Source: Octopus sinensis
Lineage: Eukaryota
Direction: 5' to 3'
Assembly: GCF_006345805.1 (NCBI RefSeq)
Contig: NC_042999.1
Location: forward strand, 88,846,001 to 88,910,000
DNA length: 64,000 nt
This document shows, in pieces, positions 51,301-63,777 of the stretch. The position numbers were made by a program, and so were the translations under genes. Numbering within the stretch: the first letter of the stretch is position 1; every line of letters starts with the position of its first letter. The notes beneath the pieces were generated by a model. The model did not search any database, was not told where the DNA came from, and was given only the letters and a program-made list of their open reading frames with translations.

Positions 51301-54300
51301 AGCTCTCATTCCCTATAGCTCTCATTCCCTATAGCTCTCATTCCCTACAGCTCTCATTTCCTACAGCTCTCATTTCCTACAGCTCTCATTCCCTACAGCT
51401 CTCATTTCCAACAGCTCTCATTCCCTATAGCTATCATTCCCTACAGCACTCATTCCCTACAGCTCTCATTCCCTACAGCTCTCATTTCCAACAGTTCTCA
51501 TTCCCTATAGCTCTCATTCCCTACAGCTCTCATTTCCTATAGCTCTCATTCCGTATAGCTCTCATTCTCTATAGCTCTCATTCCCTATAGCTCTCATTCC
51601 CTACAGCTCTCATTTCCTACAGCTCTCATTCCCTATAGCTCTCACTCCCTACAGTTCTCATTTCCAACAGCTCTCATTCCCTACAGCTCTCATTCCCTAC
51701 AGCTCTCATTCCCTACAGCTCTTATTTCCAACAGCTCTCATTCCCAATAGCTCTCATTCCCTACAGCTCTCATTTCCTACAGCTCTCATTCCTATAGCTC
51801 TCCTTCTCTATAGCTCTCATTCCCTATAGCTCTCATTCCCTACAGCTCTCTAATTCATATAGCCTCATTCCCTATAGCTCTCATTCCCTACAGCTCTCAT
51901 TTCATATAGCTCTCATTCCCTATAGCTATCATTCCCTACAGCTCCATTTCCTACAGCTCTCATTCCCTATAACTCTCATTCCTTTAGCTCTCATCCCTAT
52001 CTATCATTCCCTATAGCTCTCATTTCGTACAGCTCTAATACCCTATAGCTCTCATTCCCTACAGCTCTCATTTCCAACAGCTCTCATCCCTATAGCTATC
52101 ATTCCCTACAGCTCTCATTTCCTACAGCTCTCATTCCCTATAGCTCTCATTCCCTATAGCTCTCATTCCCTACAGCTCTCATTTCCTACAGCTCTCATTC
52201 CCTATAGCTCTGATTCCCTACAGCTCTCATTTCCTACAGCTCTCATTCCTACAGCTCTCATCCTTATAGCTCTCATTTCCAACAGCTCTCATTCCCTATA
52301 GCTATCATTTCCTACAGCTCTCATTTCCTACAGCTCTCATTCACTATAGCTCTCATTCTCTATAGCTCTCATTCCTATAGCTCTCATTCCCTACAGCTCT
52401 CATTCCCTACAGCTCTCATTCCCTATAGCTCTCATTCCCTACAGTTCTCATTTCCAACAGCTCTCATTCCCTATAGCTATCATTCCCTACAGCTCTCATT
52501 CCCTACAGCTCTCATTTCCAACAGCTCTCTTTCCCTTTAGCTCTCATTCCCACAGCTCTCATTTCCTACAGCTCATTCCCTATAGCTCTCATTCTCTATA
52601 GCTCTCATCCCTATAGCTCTCATTCCCTACAGCTCTCATTTCATATAGCTCTCATTCCCTATAGCTCTCATTCCTACAGCTCTCATTTCCAACAGCTCTC
52701 ATTCCCTATAGCTATCATTCCTACAGCTCTCATTTCCTACAGCTCTCATCCCTATAGCTCTCATTCCCTATAGCTCTCATTCCCTATAGCTATCATTCCT
52801 ATAGTCTCATTTCCTACAGCTCTCATTCCCTATAGCTCTCATTCCCTACAGCTCTCATTTCCAACAGCTCTCATTCCCTATAGCTATCATTCCCTACAGT
52901 TCTCATTTCCTACAGCTCTCATTCCCTATAGCTCTCATTCTCTATAGCTCTCATTCCCTACAGCTCTCATTTCCTACAGCTCTCATTTCCTACAGCTCTC
53001 ATTCCCTACAGCTCTCATTTCCAACAGCTCTCATTCCCTATAGCCATCATTCCCTACAGCTCTCATTTCCTACAGCTCTCATTCCTACAGCTCTCATTTC
53101 AACAGCTCTCATTCCCTATAGCTCTCATTCCCTACAGCTCTCATTTCCTACAGCTCTCATTCCCTATAGCTCTCATTTTCTATAGCTCTCATTCCCTATA
53201 GCTCTCATTCCTACACCGCTCTCATTTCCTACAACTCTCATTCCCTATAGCTCTCATTCCTACAGTTCTCATTCCAACAGCTCTCATTCCCTATAGCTAT
53301 TCATTCCCACAGCTCTCATTCCCTACAGCTCTCATTTCCAACAGCTGTCATTCCCTATAGCTCTCATTCCCTACAGCTCTCATTTCCTACAGCTCTCATT
53401 CCTATAGCTCTCATTCTCTATAGCTCTCATTCCCTATAGCTCTCATTCCTACAGCTCTCATTTCCTACAGCTCTCATTCCCTATAGCTCTCATTCCCTAC
53501 AGTTCTCATTTCCAACAGCTCTCATTCCCTATAGCTTCATTCCCTACAGCTCTCATTCCCTACAGCTCCTATTTCCAACAGCTCTCATTCCCTATAGCTC
53601 TCATTCCCACAGCTCTCATTTCCTACAGCATTCATTCCTATAGCTCTCATTCTCTATAGCTATATCTCCTATAGCTCTCATCCCTACAGCTCTCATTCCT
53701 ATATAGCTCTTAATTACTCATCTCATCCTATAGCTATCATTCCCTACAGCTCTCATTTCCTACAGCTCTCATTCCCTATAGCTCTCATTCCTATAGCTCT
53801 CATTCCCTATAGCTATCATTCCCTATAGCTCTCTTCCTACAGCTCTCATTCCTATAGCTCTCATTCCCTCCAGCTCTCATTTCCAACAGCTCTCATTCCC
53901 TATAGCTATCATTCCCTACAGCTCTCATTTCCTACAGCTCTCATTCCCTATAGCTCTCATTCCCTACAACTCTAATTCCCAACAGCTCTCATTCCATAGC
54001 TATCATTCCCTACAGCTCTCATTTCCTACAGCTCTCATTCCCTATAGCTCTCATTCCCTATAGCTCTCATTCCCTACAGCTCTCATTTCCTACAGCTCTC
54101 ATTCCCTATAGCTCTCATTCCCTACAGCTCTCATTTCCTACAGCTCTCATTTCCTACAGCTCTCATTCCCTACAGCTCTCATTTCCAACAGCTCTCATTC
54201 CCTATAGCTATCATTCCCTACAGCTCTCATTCCCTACAGCTCTCATTCCCTACAGCTCTCATTTCCAACAGCTCTCATTCCCTATAGCTCTCATTCCCTA

Positions 54301-54845
54301 CAGCTCTCATTTCCTACAGCTCTCATTCCCTATAGCTCTCATTCTCTATAGCTCTCATTCCCTATAGCTCTCATTCCCTACAGCTCTCATTTCCTACAGC
54401 TCTCATTCCCTATAGCTCTCATTCCCTACAGTTCTCATTTCCAACAGCTCTCATTCCCTATAGCTATCATTCCCTACAGCTCTCATTCCCTACAGCTCTC
54501 ATTTCCAACAGCTCTCATTCCCTATAGCTCTCATTCCCTACAGCTCTCATTTCCTACAGCTCTCATTCCCTATAGCTCTCATTCTCTATAGCTCTCATTC
54601 CCTATAGCTCTCATTCCCTACAGCTCTCATTTCCTATAGCTCTCATTCCCTATAGCTCTCATTCCCTACAGCTCTCATTTCCAACAGCTCTCATTCCCTA
54701 TAGCTATCATTCCCTACAGCTCTCATTTCCTACAGCTCTCATTCCCTATAGCTCTCATTCCCTATAGCTCTCATTCCCTATAGCTATCATTCCCTATAGC
54801 TCTCGTTTCCTACAGCTCTCATTCCCTATAGCTCTCATTCCATAT
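42376..54845. repeat. Satellite array of 16-bp units, consensus AGCTCTCATTCCCTA(T/C), about 780 copies
   Basis: Direct observation; recurrent variants TTTCCTAC, TTTCCAAC, AGCTATCA, TTCTCTAT, AGTTCTCA, TTTCATAT; higher-order periods of 240 bp, about 1.31 kb and about 5.39 kb. Confidence 0.98.
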
Positions 54846-55311
54846 GATCACCTGCTTGTCTTTTTGCTACTGTCATCAATTAACTTCGATTCTCTTTTTG
54901 TCACTTGTATCAACCTAACTTACATAATTTTTTTAGCTTTAAAGGCAACATTATAATAGCAATTATAATATTAAAAAAAGAAACGAAGGAAAAAATTATT
55001 CATATATAGCACAAAAAACAAATCAATGTACTTTCACATTTCACTATTTTATAACTTTCAATTTTACTTATAAATGCTCTTAAGTTATTCAATGTATTAA
55101 AAGTTATTTCACTAGTTATTTATTTCAATTCTATAAATGTTTAAAAGGTATTTCACAATTTTTTCTTTTTATATTTTTCTGTTTTATAAATTTTGATCAT
55201 TCTTTATAAGTTGGGGAAGGACACATTAAGGGTGTACTGTTTTATCAAGTGAGTGTTTAATATTAAATCAGAAACACTCATGTGGTGAGGAGAAAACATT
55301 ATTAGTACAAT

Positions 55312-55343
55312 CATTGTCGTCGTCATCATCGTCATCATCATCG

Positions 55344-55398
<55 letters not shown>

Positions 55399-55525
55399 TT
55401 AGCATCACGTTTCCATACTTGCATGAGTTGGGCAGTTTAGCAGGAGCTGGCAAACCACAGGACTGAAGCAAGCTTTGCTGCCTGTTTTGGCATGGTTTCT
55501 ATGGCTGGCAACCCTTCCTAATGCC
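55312..55525 (-). mobile_element. Family B 3' end with long (CAT)n tail
   Basis: (CAT)n then ttagcatcacgtttccatacttgcatgagttgg...cccttcctaatgccaa. Confidence 0.8.
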
Positions 55526-55539
55526 AAATGACTAAAATT

Positions 55540-55660
55540 GACTTCAAATTTTGGCACAAGGCCAGTATTTTCGAGGTAGAGTAAGTCAATAACATTGACC
55601 TCAGTGATTGGCAGGCACTTATTTTATGAACCGCAAAAGATGAAAGGCAGAGTTGAATTT
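55540..55660 (-). mobile_element. SINE family A fragment
   Basis: ttttggcacaaggccag...aagatgaaaggcagagttgaatttgaacc. Confidence 0.65.
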
Positions 55661-55679
55661 GAACCCAAATAAGTGTCAT

Positions 55680-56195
55680 GCTCTAACAGTGGAGGGAAGC
55701 TATGAAAGAAGTAGACCCAGGAAGACATGAGGTGGTGAAGCACAACCTTCGAGCATTGGACCTCACAGAGGCAATGACAAGTGACCAAGACCTTTGGAGA
55801 TATGCCATGCATCAGAAGGCCTGGCAAGCCAACTGAGATCATAGTCATGGCTGATGCCAGTGTTGCATAACTGGCTCCTTTAAAAGCACCCTTCAATTGT
55901 TGGGTGATATGCTATGCTTATGAAGACCTGTTGAACCAAATGAAATCATAATCGAGACTGATGCCTGTGTCACCTGACTGGTACCCATGCTGGTGACATG
56001 TAAAAAGCACCATCCAAGCATGGCTGATGCTAGTGCTGCCTGACTGGTACCTGTGATGGTGGCACATAAAAAGCACCATTCGAGTGAGATTGATGCCAGT
56101 GCTGCATGACTGGCTCCCATGCTGGTGGAAAGTATAAGCACCCACTACACTCTCAGAGTGGTTAGTGTTAGGAAGCGCATCCTGCTGTAGAAACA
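55680..56195 (+). mobile_element. RTE-type LINE 3' end (family B) with last coding codons
   Basis: Decayed RPRKT..VVKHNLRALDLTEAMTSDQDLWRYA followed by the family B UTR. Confidence 0.8.
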
Positions 56196-56273
56196 GTAGT
56201 ATGTTGAAAAAATAAAATTTACAAAATATGTGTTAGCTACATAGGTAAGTCTAAGAATGCTTCAGAGCCTTAA

Positions 56274-56495
56274 CCCTTTTGTTAATGTATTTCTTTTGAG
56301 ATGCTCTGTATTTCTTTCAATTAATTTTGAATATAACAAAGAATTTAGTAAAATAACTTAGTTAGCATTAAGTTGGTGTTAGGGACATAAATTGTGACTA
56401 AGGTTTGGTGGAAGATTTTAATTCAAAATTTATGAAAACAAGACATTTGTACTACAGAGACAGGGGCAGTTTCAGCCAGGTAGGTAATGAAAGGG
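56274..56495. mobile_element. piggyBac-type MITE
   Basis: TTAA at 56270-56273 and 56496-56499 flanking CCCTTT...AAAGGG termini; related interiors at about 37620-37760 and 59380-59460. Confidence 0.75.
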
Positions 56496-56999
56496 TTAAA
56501 GCATTATTTGTGAGAATAAACACAAGTGGGGTCACAATGAAGGAAAAAGATTATGTGATAAAATATCTCATGGTGAAAGTTGATAGTAGTCAAGAGGAAA
56601 AGCGAGGGAAAGAATCATTCAGAACTGTGGTATGATTGCTGAGCAAGATTAGTGATAGCAAGAAAGATATTTCAGACATTTACATTCCATACAAACACAA
56701 TTATCAAGATGTAATCATGTATGTGAAACCCCTAAAACTATAGGTTTGCTTTGGGCATTTCACTTTTTCTTTTTAAACTAGAGCAAAGCCTTCCAAACAA
56801 ACAAGGAAAAATCAAAAATAGGACATTCCTCAAAGAAACATTCTCTAATTTCATTCTATTACTCTATATAATATGAGATAATTGCTACACTTGATATAAT
56901 TAGATCTTTCTTTCATTGCTGGAATATTTAATATCAATGTAGAATTAGTTCCAATCAGATCTATAATAGTCTTTGTCTTTATTCTTCCTCTCTTTTCAG

Positions 57000-57200
57000 C
57001 AGTGCACCGACATGTAAATCATTACTGCAAATGATTGCCAAACCAATTTACTCCCACAGTCATGAAGAAGAATCTACTTCACTCATTGCTTCAAATATGT
57101 TTACCTCAATGGCATTCATAAAAACCTTTATCAATTTAACAGCAACACCAGTTGTTTTCATTACCACTGGTTCAGAGACAAATATGTCTAGTGGTGACCT
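57000..57200 (+). CDS. Candidate isolated exon of an unknown gene
   Basis: Long pyrimidine tract ending CAG (56997-56999) with tandem CAG; one open frame (SAPTCKSLLQMIAKPIY...ETNMSSGD); GTATGT donor at 57201; 201 bp, a multiple of 3. No family recognised. Confidence 0.3.
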
Positions 57201-57325
57201 GTATGTGTACCATTTGCCTTCCTCAGTTCTCATCACAGCATTTGATGAACGGATTGCATTTTCTGAATTGTGATTGTTAGTAGAAGCACCAGTGTGACAG
57301 TGGTATCTGCATCAAATTGCTCTGA

Positions 57326-57425
<100 letters not shown>

Positions 57426-60400
57426 CATATGGTTCTTTTAACCTGTTTACAATTGATATCCTGCCTTATTTCACTATTCTTCAATTTTAAAAAATAAAAA
57501 TTTCATTGCTTTATAGGTTGCAATTATGTAAATTTGAGATTTCATGGGGATTGGCACCATAAAATCTAAAACTAGAATTGTATTCTCTAAGTATATATAC
57601 AAGCATATATAGATTTGTGTGTGTGTATGTGTGTTCATTTCTATTTATAGTCAACTCAGTTTTAATATTCAATACAGTTTTGTTCTATCTCAATACCACA
57701 TGCCATGCATGATTGATTATCTTTTGGGATTTAATCTACTTTTCCTAAATACAAGTTAGAAGTATTAATAGGGGAATATTTCCACCAGTCCTAGATTAAT
57801 ATATTCAATGCCAGTTCACTGGATAGAGCAGAATATTCCAGAATGATTCACTTCAAATTGATATATAACAGCGATAATTCTTGAAGTTAAACTTATCTTG
57901 TGTTTAACATTATTGACTAGGAAAGAAATTTGCAACATATAATTGTTGTTGTTGTTATTGTTTCTGTTGTGTATGCTAGTCAACTCTATGGCAGAGAGCT
58001 AACCAATGAAATATCTAGAAACGAACATTAATTCAGTGCAATGTTACAGGCAAATAGCAGTTACCTAGCATATTGTTTGCAGATAAGCTTGATTGGCATT
58101 TTAACCACAAATAACTTCAATAAATGATGGGGCATCAGGATAACCAGCTCAGGGGTCAAAACTGCATATTCCCTCTCACTCCTAATTTTTGTCTGAATTT
58201 CCAAAATTAAGAATTATCATTATTATACACCAATATATTTAAACTAGTATCTTTATCTTGATGGTTATGATCACAACAATTTGACCCTTACATCTTTTGG
58301 GCAATATTCCTAGAAATTTAGACCTAACCCTTAATTAAATCCAGTGGGGCAGATTGTTATCATTCTATTATCCATACCAGGGGCATTCCCTTATTATTTA
58401 TTTTCCTATATAAGTTAGTAAGCAGGCAGAATTAATAAATAATGTGTCAGACAAAATGCTCAGTGGAATTTCTTTGGCTCTTAATGTTCTGAGCTCAACT
58501 TCTGTTGAGGTTAGCTTTAACTTATCCTTTCAAGGGTCGGTATAATTGGGTTGATATAATTGATTATCTCCTACCTCTAGAATTACTTGCCTAGTGTCAA
58601 AGTTTGAAGCCATTTATTTTCCTACTTCTGACACAATTTTCACATTCTGTTTGAACCAAAACGTCTAAAGACTAACTGTTTTGAGAGATTAAACTCATAC
58701 CCACCTAGAAGACACATGAAGATGGATAGAGAATAAAATAGCTGAAGCATTGTGATTGCCTTTATCAAGATGAAGAAATTCATCTGACTATATTACTGTA
58801 AATAAACCCATGCCTTTGCAGAAGCAGCAGCATTGGGGAATTGCCGAATTGCCGAATGATTTATCTTACAGTGACAAGTTCAGTTCTTCCCTACAGGGAA
58901 ACCTATCTGTGATAGACTAATAACAGTTCCAAGAGAAGAAGTGTTTCCCATCTGTTTAACACTTCAGAAACTGGAGATTACCATCAATTTTGTGATTATT
59001 TGAGATTTGGAAAATAACTAGTTAATTAGCAGCTTTGAACTGGTGGAGAGATTTAATAGAAACTCCCTGGTTTATATTATCTTGATAACATTGTATTATT
59101 ATGAAATGGTTTTGTCTTGTAAATAGAAACTTCAACAACATTTTTAATTGGTTCATAAAAGAATAGTAGGTTAATAGGATAGGAATTTTTCAAATGTTTC
59201 TGGCCAATTTAAAGGATATAAATTTTCTAAATGGACATTGAATGATAATTAATATAATTTATCTTTGATTTTGATTTAAAATTTGGTGTAAATTTTGTTT
59301 ATCATAAGTGAATACAATTACCTCTTTTGAGAATATATTTCTAATGAAGTACATTGTCTCCGTGCTTCAGTAATTTTTCAGAAGAATCAAGGAATTTGTG
59401 GTGATTTAGTAAAATAACCTATTTGTTTATTATTAAGCAGGTATTTGGAATATAACAAAACATTTTTATATGAAAATATAATAGAAGTTTCCCATGTAAA
59501 TATGTTCACTGAATGTCCAGGGCAAGACAATGGAATGCTCCCAGTGATGAGACTCAAGCTTAGGAGTTCAGGAGCTTGTAGGAAACTCGAATCATCTGTT
59601 AGTCACCACTAATTCTAGTTCTGCTCTGGCTTAAATTAAAACCTGTCAAGGACCTTTTTATGGGTCAAACAGTAGAAAATGAGCTTGTGGCTAAAGCATA
59701 CAGGACTCAGAGGAGAGCTGGCCTATAGGCAGGCTTACCAATGTGAGGACATGTCCTGATGTCATGTGAACCATTTCCATTCCTAAGGGTTAAACAGGAT
59801 AAGTTTGAGGCTAACAGAGTAAATTGTAAATAAGATGGCTCAAGACAACAGGAAAAAAACACTTGCTTCCTTCTAAGAAAAGTTATGAATCCTCAGATGT
59901 TGGCATGGAAGTCTATGAACACTAATGACAGTACATACGGCACCAGTGAAAGAGAGAGGTGGGGAGAGATGCACACTGAAAAATTATTGATCCTGTGTTG
60001 CAAAACCAGAGATAGTCACAGACGAATTGGTACCAAAAGAAATACTGTAAAAAATAGTCTCCAGTACTGCAATAATAAATACAGAAAGAGGAGATGACTT
60101 CATTAAATAACTATTGTATAGCAACTTTATTGTTTAGCAACTTTAAATAGTGAATTAGCAGAGTTGTTTGAGTGTCAGATAGAATACCTTGCAATATTTG
60201 TTCTGTCTCTCCACTCTGATACAATTCTGTATTTCTGAGATGAGGAATTTTTTTTATCATGCACAAGTTGGAATGGTATCCTCATCATGGTTGTTGCTTT
60301 TCACTGCATTTCAGCTGTACATGCTCCAGCTTTCTTTAGGTGTCTTGTGATTCATCTTACCACCTTGCCTGAGATTGAACTCAGAACCTCCATGTGACTG

Positions 60401-61059
60401 CAATGCATTAACTAGCACCTTTATCCACTATGCAATGCCTGTAAGAAGTATCAGAGTGAACTTTTAAGGTTTATAAAGCTCCACTATAAGTTAAAATCCC
60501 ATTGGGATCAGCTTTGCCTTTTATCCTTTAAAGTTGATTAAAAAAGTATCAAATCTGGGCTGTATATTATTGGAACAGTAAAAATGTCGAACTAGATGCA
60601 ATATTTGTTCTAACTCTTTGCATTTTGAGTTCAAGTCCTGCCATGGTCTACTTGGATGGTAGACTTAATCTATCACCCTGTTTAACACCACCGCCTGGAA
60701 CTCAAGGTGCCCTTAAAAGAGTCTACTTTATTGCAAGCATTCACCTGCATCTGCAGCTTGAAGATAACTTCCCCCATTCCCTACCACCAGCCTGAGAAGC
60801 ACAGTCTTTGCTCATGAAAAATTTAATAAACAAAAATGTCCCAATCCATGCCTCCCTCCATTAATTTAGCACTCATATGAAGTTTTGGAGTCATTGTTTC
60901 TGCCTTGATTAAGAATTATCATTAAAACATATGACTTTTCTTTCATACTTTTAGTGCAGTTTAAATTAATTTTATTTTGTTTGGCTCCCAACATAAGGTA
61001 TGACAACCTTAACTTAAGTATATTTAAAACTTAGTTAAGAGTCTAATTAAAGAAACATC

Positions 61060-61720
61060 TATTCATTTCAATCGCCTTCAAAGTAGGATCCTCTAACTTT
61101 GATGCTTCAGTCACTTTGTGAAGGCCTAGTGTAAGTCCTCCAAAGTAAAGGTATCCAGGATCCTTGTTACAGCAGCCTTCAGCTTGGGGAACAACCAAAA
61201 TTCTCAGGGAGCAAGGTCTGGACTGTGGGGAGGGAAAGGGGCCATTTTGATGCCCATCTCTATCGAGTGGTTGGTTACTAGGATGGAATTTCGGACTGGT
61301 ACATTATCCTAGTGCAGGTACTCTATCCTTTTCTGGTGGAATATCCTCCTGAACTCCCTCAAAACCTCCACAAAGTACTCATTGTTGATCATCTGGCCAG
61401 AGAGAACCCAATTGATGTTGATGGTGCCTTTGCTGTTTGAAAAGAGGATCATCATGAGCTTCCTGGTTAACTTAATTTGCCTAGCCACTTGTGTCAGTAA
61501 AAAACAAATGTTTGGCTCATAAAAGTTTATCCAAAAGCAGTCTGTAGCAGTTCATATGTTTCTGAGGAGTTTTCACCCAGTTTAGCATAAAATTTCATTG
61601 CCTGGTGAGCTTCCAAATTGTCTTCATGTACCAATTGCACTCTGCAACGAGTCAGCTGTAGAAAGCAGTGTTAAATAGATTATGCTCAAAGTGCTGTTAC
61701 AGCCATTTCCTTCAATCTGA
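61060..61720 (-). mobile_element. Mariner transposase remnant with internal deletion
   Basis: AMKFYAKLGENSSETYELLQTAF (N-terminus), SPDLAP.EFWLFPKLK and GSYFEGD* (C-terminus). Confidence 0.75.
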
Positions 61721-61864
61721 AATAACAAGGGTTGGCAAGTCAGCTTATTAGATTAGTAAAAATGATATACTAAAATTACAATAATCTATAACTGCTTCTC
61801 CTACAAAAGTCTCAAAGATACCAAGATATGCATCTTATATGTTCCCCACCACACACATACATAT

Positions 61865-62263
61865 ACTCTTTTACTCTTTTACTTGTTTCAGTCATTTGAC
61901 TGTGGCCATGCTGGACCACTGCCTTTAGTCGAGCAAATCGACCTCAGGACTTATTCTTTGTAAGCCTAATACTTATTCTATCGGTCTCTTTTGCCGAACC
62001 GCTAAGTTACGGCGATGTAAACACACCAGCATCGGTTGTCAAGTGATGTTGGGGGGACAAACACTGGCACACAAACATACACACACATATATATAAGTAT
62101 ATATATATATGCGATGGGCATCTTTCAGTCTCTGTCTACCAAATCCACTCACAGGGATTTGGTTGACCCGAGGCACTTGTCCAAGGTGCCACACAAGTGG
62201 GACTGAACCCGGAACCATGTGGATGGTAAACAAGCTACTTACCACACATCCACTCCTACGCCT
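61865..62263 (-). mobile_element. tRNA-derived SINE (family C), near full length
   Basis: Reverse complement aligns over most of its length with 62563-62945. Confidence 0.9.
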
Positions 62264-62281
62264 ATACATATACATATACAC

Positions 62282-62335
<54 letters not shown>

Positions 62336-62444
62336 TGTTTTTATGTGACATTATATATCAAAACAATTTAACATTAGAATGAAAGATAATTTAATACATT
62401 CTACCAGAGCACATAATTAATTTTCACCAGGAAAAGGTTGACAA

Positions 62445-62516
62445 TGACTTTGAAGTTTTGGCTTGTTTAGTGTCATCAGACTGACTCATGACAAGCAAGC
62501 CAAAACTTCGAAGTCA
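62445..62516. other. 72-nt hairpin
   Basis: tgactttgaagttttggcttgtt pairs with agcaagccaaaacttcgaagtca (two G-U on the plus strand), then a 3-nt bulge, tgtcat/atgaca and an 11-nt loop. Confidence 0.9.
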
Positions 62517-62562
62517 CTATAAGACTTCTCTTGCAGAAGCCAATATATATATAAATATATAT

Positions 62563-62942
62563 AGGTGCAGGAGTGGCTGTGTGGTAAGTAGCTTGCTTAC
62601 CAACTGCATGGTTCTGGGTTCAGTTCCACTGCGTGGCATCTTGGGCAAGTGTCTTCTACTATAGCCTTGGGCCGACCAAAGCCTTGTGAGTGGATTTGGT
62701 AGATGGAAACTGAGAGAAGCCCGTCGCATATATGTATATGTATATATATGTGTGTGTGTCTATGTTTGTCCCCCCAACATTGCTTGACAACAGATGCTGG
62801 TGTGTTTACGTTCCCGTAAAAGAGACCAATAGAATAAGTACTAGGCTTACAAAGAATAAGTCCTGGAGTTGATTTGCTCGACTAAAGGCGGTGTTCCAGC
62901 ATGGCCGCAGTCAAATGACTGAAACAAGTAAAAAGGTAAAAG

Positions 62943-62945
<3 letters not shown>
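62563..62945 (+). mobile_element. tRNA-derived SINE (family C), near full length
   Basis: aggtgcaggagtggctgtgtggtaag (A box), gggttcagttcc (B box), ttgggcaagt core, internal (TA)/(TG), and a tail ending gactgaaacaagtaaaa. Confidence 0.9.
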
Positions 62946-62996
<51 letters not shown>

Positions 62997-63061
62997 GATA
63001 TACATATATATATATACATGCATATATATATACACATGCACACACACACACACACACATAC

Positions 63062-63105
<44 letters not shown>

Positions 63106-63599
63106 GCATACACACATTCACACGCATGTATACATGTATACACACACATACATAAAACTGTTTTGTTTTGCTTTTTTTCCAATGCAATCACATTCCATAT
63201 TTAACAGAAGATAATATTGGTCCTGGCCTGCCAACCAGCTATATTAATGTCTCCAGCAAGTCACTCACTGGAGAAACTGAACAAGATACTTGAAACATAT
63301 GTAATTGATTTTCCTAGATGTACATTAGAAATTTTCTGCAGATAAAAGATATAAAAAAAAATATGAAACCTTTTGAGTTTGAAAATGCTAAGGTAAAAGA
63401 AAATAAGTTTTGCAAAAGATTTAAAATAGAAAACCAAAATTATGAAATAGTGGAAACAAAAACAAGAAGAAAAAAAAGCAAAACAAATGAAGAACTAAAA
63501 ATATATTTGAGAGATTTATTTTTTAATCCTTATCAGAATTCTATAGCTTATATTTTTAAATCATTGCAAGACATGAAAAGAAGATGAAATAAGATGAGG

Positions 63600-63725
63600 A
63601 AAATGTACTGTTTCCCTCTCTCCATCTCTCTCCATGTGTGTGTATGCATGTGTGTGTTAAATATATATATATGTAAAATATATATAAATATATATATGTA
63701 TATAAAATATACACATATACACACT

Positions 63726-63777
<52 letters not shown>

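Noticed and set aside
42376-54845. CRISPR array or repetitive coding region
   Set aside because: Eukaryotic context, contiguous 16-bp monomers with no unique spacers, frequent stop codons and no ORF.
59530-59590. gTGATGAgactc...gagtt hammerhead-like segment
   Set aside because: No GAAA directly after the stem, and C3 is absent.
63277-63302. CTGAACA-agatactt-GAAA-catatg-TA with palindromic ACATATGT
   Set aside because: G8 is mutated and stem I cannot form; at best a dead remnant.
63318-63587. 89-aa Lys/Asn-rich ORF
   Set aside because: Composition follows the A-rich DNA; no motif or supporting exons.
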